Shown here: positions 10,633 through 20,184 of the stretch, one piece after another
How the letters are laid out: the number at the start of each line of letters is the position of its first letter
How positions within the stretch are numbered: the first letter of the stretch is position 1
From: an uncultured Verrucomicrobiae bacterium
GTDB lineage: Bacteria; Verrucomicrobiota; Verrucomicrobiia; Chthoniobacterales; JAFAMB01
Direction: 5' to 3'
NCBI GenBank assembly: GCA_963813025.1
Contig: CAWEXO010000011.1
Location: 64,001-128,000 of the forward strand
DNA length: 64,000 nt
The notes under the pieces: model-generated
The model's input: only the letters and a program-made list of their open reading frames with translations
What the model was told of the DNA's origin: nothing
Databases searched by the model: none
Position numbers and translations under genes: made by a program

Positions 10633-12165
10633 TCACCACAAACTCCGATCAAGCGTCCGGTATTGTACCGCCTCGGAGAGGTGCTCGACATTGATCGATT
10701 CGCTATTGGCGAGGTCCGCAATCGTTCGCGCGACTTTGAGAATTCGATCGTAGGCGCGAGCGCTCAGGTTGAGCGAACTGACCGCCTGTCGCAAGAGGTC
10801 GAGACTAGCAGCGTCGACCGCACAATGCCGCCGGATGAGCCGAGGCGTCATCCGGCTGTTACAACTGATGCGCGGCTCGCGCGCCAATCGTTTTTGCTGG
10901 ATGCAGCGCGCTCGCGCAACGCGCGAACGAATGACTTCCGAATCTTCTTCCGGGTGCGCCGAGGTGAGTTCCTGGAAATCGATGTCGGGCACGTCGATAT
11001 GGATATCGATTCGGTCCAGCAATGGACCCGAGAGCCGGCTCCGATACTTCTGGACCTGTGTGGGCGCGCACCGGCACTCGCGACGGCTATCTCCGAAATG
11101 ACCGCACGGACAGGGATTCATCGCGGCAACAAGCATGAATTCGGCCGGGAAAGTCAGCGACCCGGCAGCGCGCGAGATCGTGACCCGCCCGTCTTCCAAA
11201 GGCTGGCGCATCACTTCGAGGGTCGATCGATGAAACTCGGGCAACTCATCCAGAAACAGGACGCCATGATGAGCCAGACTCACCTCGCCTGGGTTAGGAT
11301 GAGCCGAGCCTCCGAGCAGGCCCGCGTCCGAGATCGTGTGATGCGGGCTGCGAAAAGGTCGTTCGGTCACCAGACCCCTTCCGCTCTCAAGCAAACCGCA
11401 GATGCTGTGTACCTTGGTCGTCTCGATCGCTTCTTCCCGCGTCAGCGGAGGAAGGATGGAAGGAATACGCTTGGCGATCATTGACTTGCCGGAACCGGGC
11501 GGCCCGATCATGAGCAAATTATGAGCGCCCGCGGCCGCGATCTCGACCGCCCGCTTGACGTGCGGTTGACCGCGCACTTCCGCAAAATCGCACTCAGAAG
11601 GGCAGAGAGCGCCATTGACTTCCCGCGGCACCGCCGGTGTCAGCTCAACTTCACCACGCAGAAACTGGACGACCTCAGCCAGACAACTGGCCGGATAAAC
11701 GGTGACGCCGCGCACGATAGCCGCTTCCGCCGCGTTCTGGACGGGAACGACCATAGTTGGCCGGCCGCTGCGCCGCGCTTCGAGCGCCAAGGCCAGCACG
11801 CCTTTGATCGGTCGCAGTGCCCCCGAGAGCGCCAGCTCACCGGCGACAAAGAACGAATCGAGTGGCGGTAACCGGTTTTCCTCCTGAAGTTGCAGCATGG
11901 CCAGCGCGATCGGCAGATCGAAAATCGGACCTTCCTTGCGCAGATCAGCCGGTGCGAGATTAATGGTGAGGCGACGCCCGGAAGGCCAACGCAGACCGCT
12001 ATTACTGATAGCGGACGTGACGCGGTCGCGGCTCTCCTTGACTGCCGTATCGGGTAAACCCACAACGGCAATCCGATCGACATTCCCCCAGCCCGCATGG
12101 ACCTCAATTTCGACTTCGTGCGCATCGACGCCAACTACCGCCGCGGAATAAACCTTTGAGGCCAT
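10633..12165 (-). CDS. comM: YifB/ComM family Mg-chelatase-like AAA+ ATPase
   Basis: [54 protein letters not shown]. Confidence 0.93.
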   Translation of the reverse strand: MASKVYSAAVVGVDAHEVEIEVHAGWGNVDRIAVVGLPDTAVKESRDRVTSAISNSGLRWPSGRRLTINLAPADLRKEGPIFDLPIALAMLQLQEENRLPPLDSFFVAGELALSGALRPIKGVLALALEARRSGRPTMVVPVQNAAEAAIVRGVTVYPASCLAEVVQFLRGEVELTPAVPREVNGALCPSECDFAEVRGQPHVKRAVEIAAAGAHNLLMIGPPGSGKSMIAKRIPSILPPLTREEAIETTKVHSICGLLESGRGLVTERPFRSPHHTISDAGLLGGSAHPNPGEVSLAHHGVLFLDELPEFHRSTLEVMRQPLEDGRVTISRAAGSLTFPAEFMLVAAMNPCPCGHFGDSRRECRCAPTQVQKYRSRLSGPLLDRIDIHIDVPDIDFQELTSAHPEEDSEVIRSRVARARCIQQKRLAREPRISCNSRMTPRLIRRHCAVDAASLDLLRQAVSSLNLSARAYDRILKVARTIADLANSESINVEHLSEAVQYRTLDRSLW

Positions 12166-12310
12166 GAACAGCCTGGAGAATGAATGTTCATTACTTTTAT
12201 TGCAAATGTTTTATACATTGTATGTACGCGTTTTAACGTGACGTGGAGCAACATTCGGCAGACCTAGGGCCGGTAGGGCAGTATCTGAGCAGGTCTGGCA
12301 AGGGAAAAAG

Positions 12311-13585
12311 TTAAAGTTTTTCACCGATTGGTGAGTGGCGTTTTTTGAGGACTTGGAGGTAGCGCTCTTCGTCATAAGGGGTGCGGTCCTGCCAGAGCCG
12401 GAAGATGACGCGGATCCATTTAAAGGCCAAGGCGCGCACGGCAGTGTGGTGGGACTTACCGCGGGCCATTTGCTCTTGATAATAGAGCTTGGCCCATTGG
12501 GAATAAGGAATGGAATGAGCCGCGAATTCGTGGAAGCTCTGGCACAGGAATTTGGAGCGAAAGCGCCGCCGCTGGACGCTTTTGGTTTGCCCACTGCGCA
12601 CTTGGACCGGAGCGATTCCGCTTTTTTTCTGTACCTCCAGGGCTTCGGCAAAAGCCTGCCGATTGGAGCCAAAAGCCACCAACAAGCGCGGGGCTAATTG
12701 CGGGCCGGCTCCGGGCAGACTTTCAAAAATGTGCCGATCGGGATGTTTGGCAAACAGAGTGTGGATGGCTTTGTCAAAAGCCTTGATGGAATCTCGCAGC
12801 GGCAACAATTGACTGACCAAACACTTGCAACTCAGCACGGAGGGCTCCAGCAGAGAACGATCCTCGGTGACGGTTTGGGCCCGAGCGATCTTTTCCAGCC
12901 GCTCCTCAATCAAGCTTTGGCTCCGGCTGTGGTGTTGATAGAAAAAGGAGCGCAGGGTCTGGGACTTGGCTTTTTTTAAACTCTGCAGGGTCGGCCAGCG
13001 TTTCAAAAAATGTAGTGCCAGGGTCGTGTCCAGATCGTCGAGGACCTCCAGGGCCAGCGGATAGTAGACTTTGAGTAAGCTGGTGAGTTGGTTTTCGCAC
13101 ACCACGGAGGCCTCGACGGCTTTGCGTCGGTGCTGACCGAGCAAATCCAGTTCCCGCACTACCGGCTCCGGGGGTTGATAAAGCCGGAGCCGATCCCGAT
13201 GGTGATCAACGAGCTCTTCGATCAATTGGCTGTCGAGGGGGTCATCCTTGGCGCCACTGGTAAAGAAGACCTTGCGGTATTCGCTTAAACTCAAAGGATT
13301 GAGCGGATAGAGGTCGATCCAGTCTCCCTGGGTGCGAAGCATTTCAAAGAGTGCTCCCCGATTTTGTTCAAAACCAATGGCCACCCGCCCCTGCGGACCA
13401 GCCAAGCTTTTGAGCTCTTCGAGCCAGGTCCGAACCGAAACGGGATCGGCGCCCAGCTGGAATGTCCGGCATCCTCCCTCCGGACCAGAGCGTTGACAGA
13501 CAGCGTGTTCTTTATCAGCCCAATCGATTCCCACGCTGACCATATAATGGGGATCTGGGACCGGAAACGGATTTGATCGGTTCAT
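12311..13585 (-). CDS. IS110 DEDD recombinase/transposase
   Basis: VGIDW, IGFE, KDDPLD RuvC-like residues; C-terminal GIAPVQVRSG serine motif; AGGAG RBS. Confidence 0.95.
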   Translation of the reverse strand: MNRSNPFPVPDPHYMVSVGIDWADKEHAVCQRSGPEGGCRTFQLGADPVSVRTWLEELKSLAGPQGRVAIGFEQNRGALFEMLRTQGDWIDLYPLNPLSLSEYRKVFFTSGAKDDPLDSQLIEELVDHHRDRLRLYQPPEPVVRELDLLGQHRRKAVEASVVCENQLTSLLKVYYPLALEVLDDLDTTLALHFLKRWPTLQSLKKAKSQTLRSFFYQHHSRSQSLIEERLEKIARAQTVTEDRSLLEPSVLSCKCLVSQLLPLRDSIKAFDKAIHTLFAKHPDRHIFESLPGAGPQLAPRLLVAFGSNRQAFAEALEVQKKSGIAPVQVRSGQTKSVQRRRFRSKFLCQSFHEFAAHSIPYSQWAKLYYQEQMARGKSHHTAVRALAFKWIRVIFRLWQDRTPYDEERYLQVLKKRHSPIGEKL

Positions 13586-13618
13586 GCTTGCTCCTTTTTT
13601 CTGGTTTTACCCAGCGCG

Positions 13619-13840
13619 AAAAAAGCCGCTTGGCTTTGGCCGTCCGAAATCCGTATAGTTAAGTCGTCGAAGTGTGAAGTGCTCGACCTCAACTAGAGTA
13701 TTCGTTGTGACGAATCAAAGCGCGACCGGCTGGCTCGAAACTCTGCCCTAAAGATCTCGCGGACCCGAAAATCCTATTCGTAGCCAGCCGGCGCGTCCTT
13801 CTTCGCGTGGGCAGCGCGGGATTTTGCCCGACTGCCCTTG
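13619..13840 (-). ncRNA. Putative bridge RNA of IS110 copy 1 (ends approximate)
   Basis: 5' hairpin 13808-13837; loop 13726-13791 with AUUUUCG and UAGGGC matching the target; loop 13640-13713 with AUACU and CUAUAC matching the donor junction; terminator-like hairpin plus U-tract 13619-13637. Confidence 0.8.
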
Positions 13841-14408
13841 GCAATGAAAACCCTTTCTTTTTTCCAAAGCTTTCTTTTCTCCGGGCGGAGTTATTCACAA
13901 GCTGGAGCTCCGACCGGTAGGGCCTCCGACCACAGCTTGCTGAATAACTCCGGACTTGCTATACGGACTTGCTATACGAAAATTCATTCGAGCCTTGAAC
14001 TTGTTTGAGCCGGGGGTGCAAGTGGCAGCCTGGGTCGTTCCGTCACCGGATTCGCGCCCACGATAGCCCGGAAGCAAGGTACCAATATATGTCGCGAACC
14101 CGGTAAGGGCCGGCTTGAGCGACGCTGTGGCTCATTGGCCATTCCAAGGCGAGGTGACCCCATTTGCTGATTGGTGGTGACGACAAATTCACGGAGATAA
14201 TCTCGAAACCGCCGATCGCCGGATGCGAGCCTTAGCGAAAGCTTATTTGAGGCGTCCCAATTGTGGCGATTCCAATTTCAGATCCCCGAATTCGGTGCCG
14301 TACGACAAAGTTTCCAAGATTGGTCGACATCAATTCATCGGGCGAACGCTTCGCCAGATGATATAAAGTCCAAAACGCCGGGCAGCCTCGAACAGTGGAG
14401 TATCCGGC

Positions 14409-14975
14409 ATGCAAGCGTACGATCTACTTCATCCAGACCAGGCCACACCGTTCGAGGGGAGAGATGTTTTCGACCGGCGAGGCAAAAAGATCGGAGTTGT
14501 GGCGGCTCACTGGTTCAATCCGAGTACCGACCAAGTTGAGTTCCTCGGTGTTCGGCCAGGTCTACTGTTTGGCGGTTGCCATTTGGTTCCGGCACGGAGC
14601 GCATCAATCGATCCAGCCGACGACCGCGTCCACCTCGGCGTGGACGAAGAGATTGTCCTGAAGGCGCCGACTGCCATCCCGCACCAAGGTTTGGCTGAGG
14701 TTGAAAAAGAGGAAGTAAATGCCTATTACCACGAGTTTGTGCCCGTCGAGCGAGTGACTGATATCGCGGAAGTCCGTCCCGAAGAGGCGCTGAAGCCGCC
14801 ACCAGTGACAACCCCACCTCCGGGTAAGCTGGAAAACCAGTTTATTCCCAGCGAGCATACCGCCGTTGAAGAAGGGCTGCCGGCAGATGAGCTGACGGAG
14901 GAACGCCTCGAAAGCGGCCCGCAACCCGTGAAAGAACCGAACCCCAATGATCAACAGATTACCAAAAATTCTTAG
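14409..14975 (+). CDS. PRC-barrel domain protein
   Basis: GRDVFDRRGKKIGVV...G.LFGG.HLVP pattern with an acidic Pro-rich tail. Confidence 0.75.
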   Translation: MQAYDLLHPDQATPFEGRDVFDRRGKKIGVVAAHWFNPSTDQVEFLGVRPGLLFGGCHLVPARSASIDPADDRVHLGVDEEIVLKAPTAIPHQGLAEVEKEEVNAYYHEFVPVERVTDIAEVRPEEALKPPPVTTPPPGKLENQFIPSEHTAVEEGLPADELTEERLESGPQPVKEPNPNDQQITKNS

Positions 14976-15312
14976 CGTCCTGCTCCTCCTGTTCGGCACG
15001 GGCCTGGCGGTGGCTGCGTTCGAGTTGTCCATCCCAACCGTGATCGCGCAAACCACTCGGCATAGCCATCGAGCCACTCGGATCACCCAAAAACAAGCTG
15101 AACAAATCGCTCTCAGCAAAGTTCCCGGAGGCAAGATTCGAAGTTCCGAGCTGACCGGCGCCGGCCGGCAGCGCTTTTGGGCGGTGTTCGTGCTGAAACC
15201 GAACTCGAAAAACGCGAAGGAAATTCACGTTGACGCGCGATCCGGCCAAGTGCTGAAGTCGCAAACCGAAAAGCCGGAGGACCAGGCAGAAGAACCCGCG
15301 AAGACTCGCTAA
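14947..15312 (+). CDS. Secreted PepSY domain protein
   Basis: Signal peptide; ITQKQAEQIAL...PGGKI...EIHVDARSGQVL. Confidence 0.8.
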   Translation: MINRLPKILSVLLLLFGTGLAVAAFELSIPTVIAQTTRHSHRATRITQKQAEQIALSKVPGGKIRSSELTGAGRQRFWAVFVLKPNSKNAKEIHVDARSGQVLKSQTEKPEDQAEEPAKTR

Positions 15313-15356
15313 ACGGATAGCCAATAGCCGGATAGCCGATAGCCCCGGATTTGCTG

Positions 15357-16367
15357 ATGAGGTTTGTGGATTATGGATCCGGTGGCGGGCCGGACGCGAT
15401 GGTCCTGGCCGAAATGCCTGTACCTAAGCCGCAAGCAGGGCAGGTGTTAATCGAGGTGGCGTTCGCGGGGGTCAACCGACCGGACACTTTTCAGCGTGCC
15501 GGAAGCTATCCGCCGCCACCAGGAGCGTCGCCGATCCTTGGTCTGGAGGTATCCGGGAAGGTCGTGGACAAAGGTTCCCAGGTGACCTCATGGGACTTCG
15601 GGGACCAAGTCTGCGCACTGGTCGCTGGCGGCGGCTATGCGGAGTTTTGCGTCGCCGACGCCAGGCACTGCCTTCCGGTTCCTGCGGGCCTGAACTTAGC
15701 GGAGGCAGCGGCGCTTCCGGAAAACCTGTTTACGGTTTGGACCAACCTGGTTGATCGGGGCCGCTTGGCGCTGGAAGAAACGGTGCTGATTCATGGCGGC
15801 TCAAGCGGCATCGGATACCAGGCAATTCAATTGTCCAAAAACCGCGGAGCCAAGGTCTTCGCTACCGTGGGCACCCCGGAAAAAGCCAGGTTCTGCCGCG
15901 ACCTCGGCGCCGATTTACTGATCAATTACCAATCCGAAGACTTTGTGCAGGAAACCATGCGCGCGACGGATAACGAGGGCGTCGATATCGTGCTCGACAT
16001 GGTTGGTGGAGATTACATCCGGCGAAATATCCAGATCCTGAAGCTGGAAGGTCGGCTGGTGCAAATCGCGTTTCTCAAGGGCAGCATGGTCGCCGGCCTG
16101 GATTTCCGGCCAATCATGACTCGGCGCTTGACGATAACCGGGTCGACCCTTCGGCCGTTACCGGCGGAACGAAAGGCGGCCATCGCGTCCAATCTGCGGC
16201 AGCACGTCTGGCCGCTCCTGGAGCAAGGCAAGATCCGGGTTTGGATCGATCACGAATTTCCTCTGACACAGGTACAGGAAGCCCATCGTCTGATGGAGAG
16301 TGGCCAACACATGGGGAAAATCGTGCTCAGGGTGGGATGGGGTCAGTGCCAGTGCCAGTGTCGGTAG
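15357..16367 (+). CDS. NAD(P)H-quinone oxidoreductase (PIG3 family)
   Basis: AGVNRPD..QRAG.YPPPPGASPILGLE; HGGSSGIG; HMGKIVL. Confidence 0.9.
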   Translation: MRFVDYGSGGGPDAMVLAEMPVPKPQAGQVLIEVAFAGVNRPDTFQRAGSYPPPPGASPILGLEVSGKVVDKGSQVTSWDFGDQVCALVAGGGYAEFCVADARHCLPVPAGLNLAEAAALPENLFTVWTNLVDRGRLALEETVLIHGGSSGIGYQAIQLSKNRGAKVFATVGTPEKARFCRDLGADLLINYQSEDFVQETMRATDNEGVDIVLDMVGGDYIRRNIQILKLEGRLVQIAFLKGSMVAGLDFRPIMTRRLTITGSTLRPLPAERKAAIASNLRQHVWPLLEQGKIRVWIDHEFPLTQVQEAHRLMESGQHMGKIVLRVGWGQCQCQCR

Positions 16368-16505
16368 GGCGAGAATTTATTCGAGCCTTCGGCGAAGACT
16401 CCTTCGAGCCTGGCGCAGGAGTTGCCACCCGCTCCAGGCGGCTCCGCCTTCGCCAAGGCTATGGCGGACACGTTAAACGGGTTTTCGCCTACCGGCGCAG
16501 GACCA
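16362..16505. repeat. GTAG-type REP doublet, same family as 7934-8058; empty
   Basis: CGGTAGGGCGAGAATTTATTCGAGCCTTCGGCGAAGACT...TTTTCGCCTACCGGCGCAGGACCA. Confidence 0.8.
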
Positions 16506-16882
16506 TGGCAGTGGCCCCTGATAATCGCTTGACAAGCCGATTTTTATGGTGCTTTGTAGGGGTTCTGCCAAATTTGTGGCGATTTGCGTCGATTTCTAGG
16601 AGAAATCTGCCAGTCTGGGGCGAACTAGCAGGGGGATGGGGATGGCAGAGTGCGTAACCCCCAGACCTGCTGCCGGCTAACAGTCCCGGGGTGCGGCAGC
16701 GGGAGTGCTGTTGCGGCGGCCGTGCACGGGGAAGGGTGGCGGAGGATATTTTAGAAAAATACGTTGAACGCTGCATTGAGCAACGGTGTCAAAGCACAGG
16801 TTGCTTAAGGTAGTTAACCTTTTTGGGTGGGAAACGACGGGATTTCCCAGAAAACAACTGGTCGGTCTACAACAATACACGT

Positions 16883-17737
16883 ATGGCAGGTGAAGATTCA
16901 GATACGGGCATCAAGATTTACCTTCGGGAAATCGGGCAGATTGCACTGCTGACTCCCCAAGAGGAGATTGAGCTGGCCGCACGAATCAAGAAGGGCGATC
17001 GCGAAGCGCGCGCTCTGATGATCAAGGCTAATCTCCGTTTGGTCGTTAAAATAGCCCACGACTACGCAAATTTGGGGTTGCCTCTGCTGGACCTTATCTC
17101 AGAGGGCAATATCGGCCTGATGAAGGCGGTCGAGCGGTTTGACCCGGCAAAAGGTGGTAAACTTAGCACCTACGCCGCCTGGTGGATTAAACAATCCATC
17201 AAACGAGCCTTGGCAAATCAAAGTAAAACGATTCGGCTCCCGGTGCATTTGGTCGATAAGATCTCGAAAATGCGGCGCGTGTCGTTGCAGATGAGCGAGG
17301 AACTCGGACGCGAACCGACCGATGAGGAGCTGGCCGAAGAAATCGGTATCTCCAGCGGAAAAGTTTCCCAGCTTAAGACGGTCTCGATCCGTCCAGCTTC
17401 CTTGGATGCACCGATCAGTGACGATGATTCGACTGAATTTGGTGAAATCGTCGGAGACGAAGAGGCCCAAACGCCTTTCGAACTCTTGCGAGACAAGAAT
17501 CTCCGCGACGAGGTCAGCGATTTGCTCGAAGTGCTCGACGACCGCGAACGGAAGATCATCTTCCAGCGGTTCGGGCTGGATGGCGGCAAGCCAAAGACCT
17601 TGGAGGAAGTAGGAAAAAAATTTGGCGTGACCCGGGAGAGAATCCGGCAGCTGCAAAATATTGCCTTGGCCAAATTGCGTCGGGCTCTTGGAAAAAAAGA
17701 GAGACCGATCGATGTTTTGCAAGAAGCAATGTCGTAA
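16883..17737 (+). CDS. RNA polymerase sigma-70 factor, RpoD/SigA family, lacking region 1.1
   Basis: YLREIG, NLRLVV, DLISEGNIGLMKAVERFDP, STYAAWWIKQ, TLEEVG...TRERIRQ. Confidence 0.93.
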   Translation: MAGEDSDTGIKIYLREIGQIALLTPQEEIELAARIKKGDREARALMIKANLRLVVKIAHDYANLGLPLLDLISEGNIGLMKAVERFDPAKGGKLSTYAAWWIKQSIKRALANQSKTIRLPVHLVDKISKMRRVSLQMSEELGREPTDEELAEEIGISSGKVSQLKTVSIRPASLDAPISDDDSTEFGEIVGDEEAQTPFELLRDKNLRDEVSDLLEVLDDRERKIIFQRFGLDGGKPKTLEEVGKKFGVTRERIRQLQNIALAKLRRALGKKERPIDVLQEAMS

Positions 17738-17767
17738 ACTGGTTGACTCCTTGTCGAGCGAGTTTCC

Positions 17768-17800
17768 AAAAGGGCCGTCCTGCTGGGCGGCCTTTTTCTT
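17768..17800 (+). terminator. Intrinsic terminator after the sigma factor
   Basis: GGCCGTCC-TGCT-GGGCGGCC hairpin followed by TTTTTCTT. Confidence 0.7.
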
Positions 17801-17841
17801 GAGGAAAGGCAACGCCGAGTTATTCTTCCCTCCACACTTCT

Positions 17842-18576
17842 ATGAGAACTGGTAATCCGATTTTGACCGATTCGACCTTCGAAGCCGGCGGGCGCGCAAC
17901 CGAAACGATGACTTTAAGCGGGGTGATCAACCGCTCGTTGATTTTGCTGTTGCTCGTAGTTTTGTCCTCCATCGCGACTTGGAACGTGGCTGGCGCGCAC
18001 CCTTCGCTGGCCTATACCGCGTCGATCTTCGGCGCACTCGGGGGCCTGGTCGTGGGCGTGATTACGTCATTCAAGAAATCCTGGGCTGCAGTGACCTCCC
18101 CAGTCTACGCGGTGTTGCAAGGTTTCTTTATAGGCGCCATCTCCTGGTCGCTCGAGAGGCGGTTCCCTGGAATCGCGGTCCAATCGGTTTGCCTCACTTT
18201 TGCGGTGATGTTCGCTTTACTTGGTGCTTATCAGACCGGTTTGATTCGGCCGTCGCAAACCTTTCGTTCTATCATCGTTGGCGCGACGGGGGGAATTCTC
18301 GTGGTCTATTTGGTCAACATGGTTGCGGGTTTATTCTTTCACCGTCCCCTTTCTTTCATCACGGGAACGGGCCCGCTGGCTATCGGGTTTTCGGTCCTGG
18401 TGGTCGGCATTGCCGCGCTCAATCTCGTCCTCGATTTCGACTTTATTGCGACTGGCGTGGCGAATGGAGCGCCGAAAAGCCTCGAGTGGTTTGCCGCTTT
18501 CGGACTGACGGTTACGCTCGTTTGGCTCTACATCGAGATTTTGCGTTTGCTGGCCAAAATCCGCAGCAACGATTAG
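17842..18576 (+). CDS. Bax inhibitor-1/YccA family membrane protein
   Basis: Seven hydrophobic segments; NLVLDFD; TLVWLYIEILRLL. Confidence 0.88.
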   Translation: MRTGNPILTDSTFEAGGRATETMTLSGVINRSLILLLLVVLSSIATWNVAGAHPSLAYTASIFGALGGLVVGVITSFKKSWAAVTSPVYAVLQGFFIGAISWSLERRFPGIAVQSVCLTFAVMFALLGAYQTGLIRPSQTFRSIIVGATGGILVVYLVNMVAGLFFHRPLSFITGTGPLAIGFSVLVVGIAALNLVLDFDFIATGVANGAPKSLEWFAAFGLTVTLVWLYIEILRLLAKIRSND

Positions 18577-18598
18577 CGTGCATCGCTGATCGGGCCTA

Positions 18599-18845
18599 AG
18601 GGCTCTGTCGGACTCTGATCCTGTCCCGAAGGGGTCTGAGATGGTCTGTCGAGTCTTTTGGGGTGGAGTTATTCACTGCGCGAAGGGTAGGGCGATCCGC
18701 CTTGGCGGACGAGCGCCAGGCGCGAACTTGTTTGAGCCGTCCTGGGCGCGGCATATCCCAGGGCAGGGCTGGAACGAGTCTTCGCTGAAGGACTCAGATG
18801 AAGAGATTATGTCATAACGTGTCTCTGACCCTGTTGGGGTAGGGC
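18599..18845. repeat. Left part of a composite repeat interrupted by IS110 copy 2
   Basis: Outer arm AGGGCTCTGTCGGACTCTGA; degenerate REP 18686-18802; ends in the half-target GGTAGGGC. Confidence 0.7.
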
Positions 18846-18876
18846 AGTATCTGAGCAGGTCTGGCAAGGGAAAAAG

Positions 18877-20151
18877 TTAAAGTTTTTCACCGATTGGTGA
18901 GTGGCGTTTTTTGAGGACTTGGAGGTAGCGCTCTTCGTCATAAGGGGTGCGGTCCTGCCAGAGCCGGAAGATGACGCGGATCCATTTAAAGGCCAAGGCG
19001 CGCACGGCAGTGTGGTGGGACTTACCGCGGGCCATTTGCTCTTGATAATAGAGCTTGGCCCATTGGGAATAAGGAATGGAATGAGCCGCGAATTCGTGGA
19101 AGCTCTGGCACAGGAATTTGGAGCGAAAGCGCCGCCGCTGGACGCTTTTGGTTTGCCCACTGCGCACTTGGACCGGAGCGATTCCGCTTTTTTTCTGTAC
19201 CTCCAGGGCTTGGGCAAAAGCCTGCCGATTGGAGCCAAAAGCCACCAACAAGCGCGGGGCTAATTGCGGGCCGGCTCCGGGCAGACTTTCAAAAATGTGC
19301 CGATCGGGATGTTTGGCAAACAGAGTGTGGATGGCTTTGTCAAAAGCCTTGATGGAATCTCGCAGCGGCAACAATTGACTGACCAAACACTTGCAACTCA
19401 GCACGGAGGGCTCCAGCAGAGAACGATCCTCGGTGACGGTTTGGGCCCGAGCGATCTTTTCCAGCCGCTCCTCAATCAAGCTTTGGCTCCGGCTGTGGTG
19501 TTGATAGAAAAAGGAGCGCAGGGTCTGGGACTTGGCTTTTTTTAAACTCTGCAGGGTCGGCCAGCGTTTCAAAAAATGTAGTGCCAGGGTCGTGTCCAGA
19601 TCGTCGAGGACCTCCAGGGCCAGCGGATAGTAGACTTTGAGTAAGCTGGTGAGTTGGTTTTCGCACACCACGGAGGCCTCGACGGCTTTGCGTCGGTGCT
19701 GACCGAGCAAATCCAGTTCCCGCACTACCGGCTCCGGGGGTTGATAAAGCCGGAGCCGATCCCGATGGTGATCAACGAGCTCTTCGATCAATTGGCTGTC
19801 GAGGGGGTCATCCTTGGCGCCACTAGTAAAGAAGACCTTGCGGTATTCGCTTAAACTCAAAGGATTGAGCGGATAGAGGTCGATCCAGTCTCCCTGGGTG
19901 CGAAGCATTTCAAAGAGTGCTCCCCGATTTTGTTCAAAACCAATGGCCACCCGCCCCTGCGGACCAGCCAAGCTTTTGAGCTCTTCGAGCCAGGTCCGAA
20001 CCGAAACGGGATCGGCGCCCAGCTGGAATGTCCGGCATCCTCCCTCCGGACCAGAGCGTTGACAGACAGCGTGTTCTTTATCAGCCCAATCGATTCCCAC
20101 GCTGACCATATAATGGGGATCTGGGACCGGAAACGGATTTGATCGGTTCAT
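18877..20151 (-). CDS. IS110 DEDD recombinase/transposase
   Basis: 424 aa, one residue different from copy 1. Confidence 0.95.
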   Translation of the reverse strand: MNRSNPFPVPDPHYMVSVGIDWADKEHAVCQRSGPEGGCRTFQLGADPVSVRTWLEELKSLAGPQGRVAIGFEQNRGALFEMLRTQGDWIDLYPLNPLSLSEYRKVFFTSGAKDDPLDSQLIEELVDHHRDRLRLYQPPEPVVRELDLLGQHRRKAVEASVVCENQLTSLLKVYYPLALEVLDDLDTTLALHFLKRWPTLQSLKKAKSQTLRSFFYQHHSRSQSLIEERLEKIARAQTVTEDRSLLEPSVLSCKCLVSQLLPLRDSIKAFDKAIHTLFAKHPDRHIFESLPGAGPQLAPRLLVAFGSNRQAFAQALEVQKKSGIAPVQVRSGQTKSVQRRRFRSKFLCQSFHEFAAHSIPYSQWAKLYYQEQMARGKSHHTAVRALAFKWIRVIFRLWQDRTPYDEERYLQVLKKRHSPIGEKL

Positions 20152-20184
20152 GCTTGCTCCTTTTTTCTGGTTTTACCCAGCGCG

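Larger units (their letters stand above)
12280..13977 (-). mobile_element. IS110-family insertion sequence, copy 1 (1698 bp including a 13-bp terminal duplication)
   Basis: Ends set by alignment with copy 2 (offset 6566) and by rebuilding the empty site GGTAGGGC|GAAAATT; no terminal inverted repeats or target-site duplication. Confidence 0.93.

Noticed and set aside
16506..16882. Structured RNA or riboswitch upstream of the sigma factor
   Set aside because: TTGACA at 16529-16534, but no convincing -10 box or recognisable RNA family; an Rfam search is needed.
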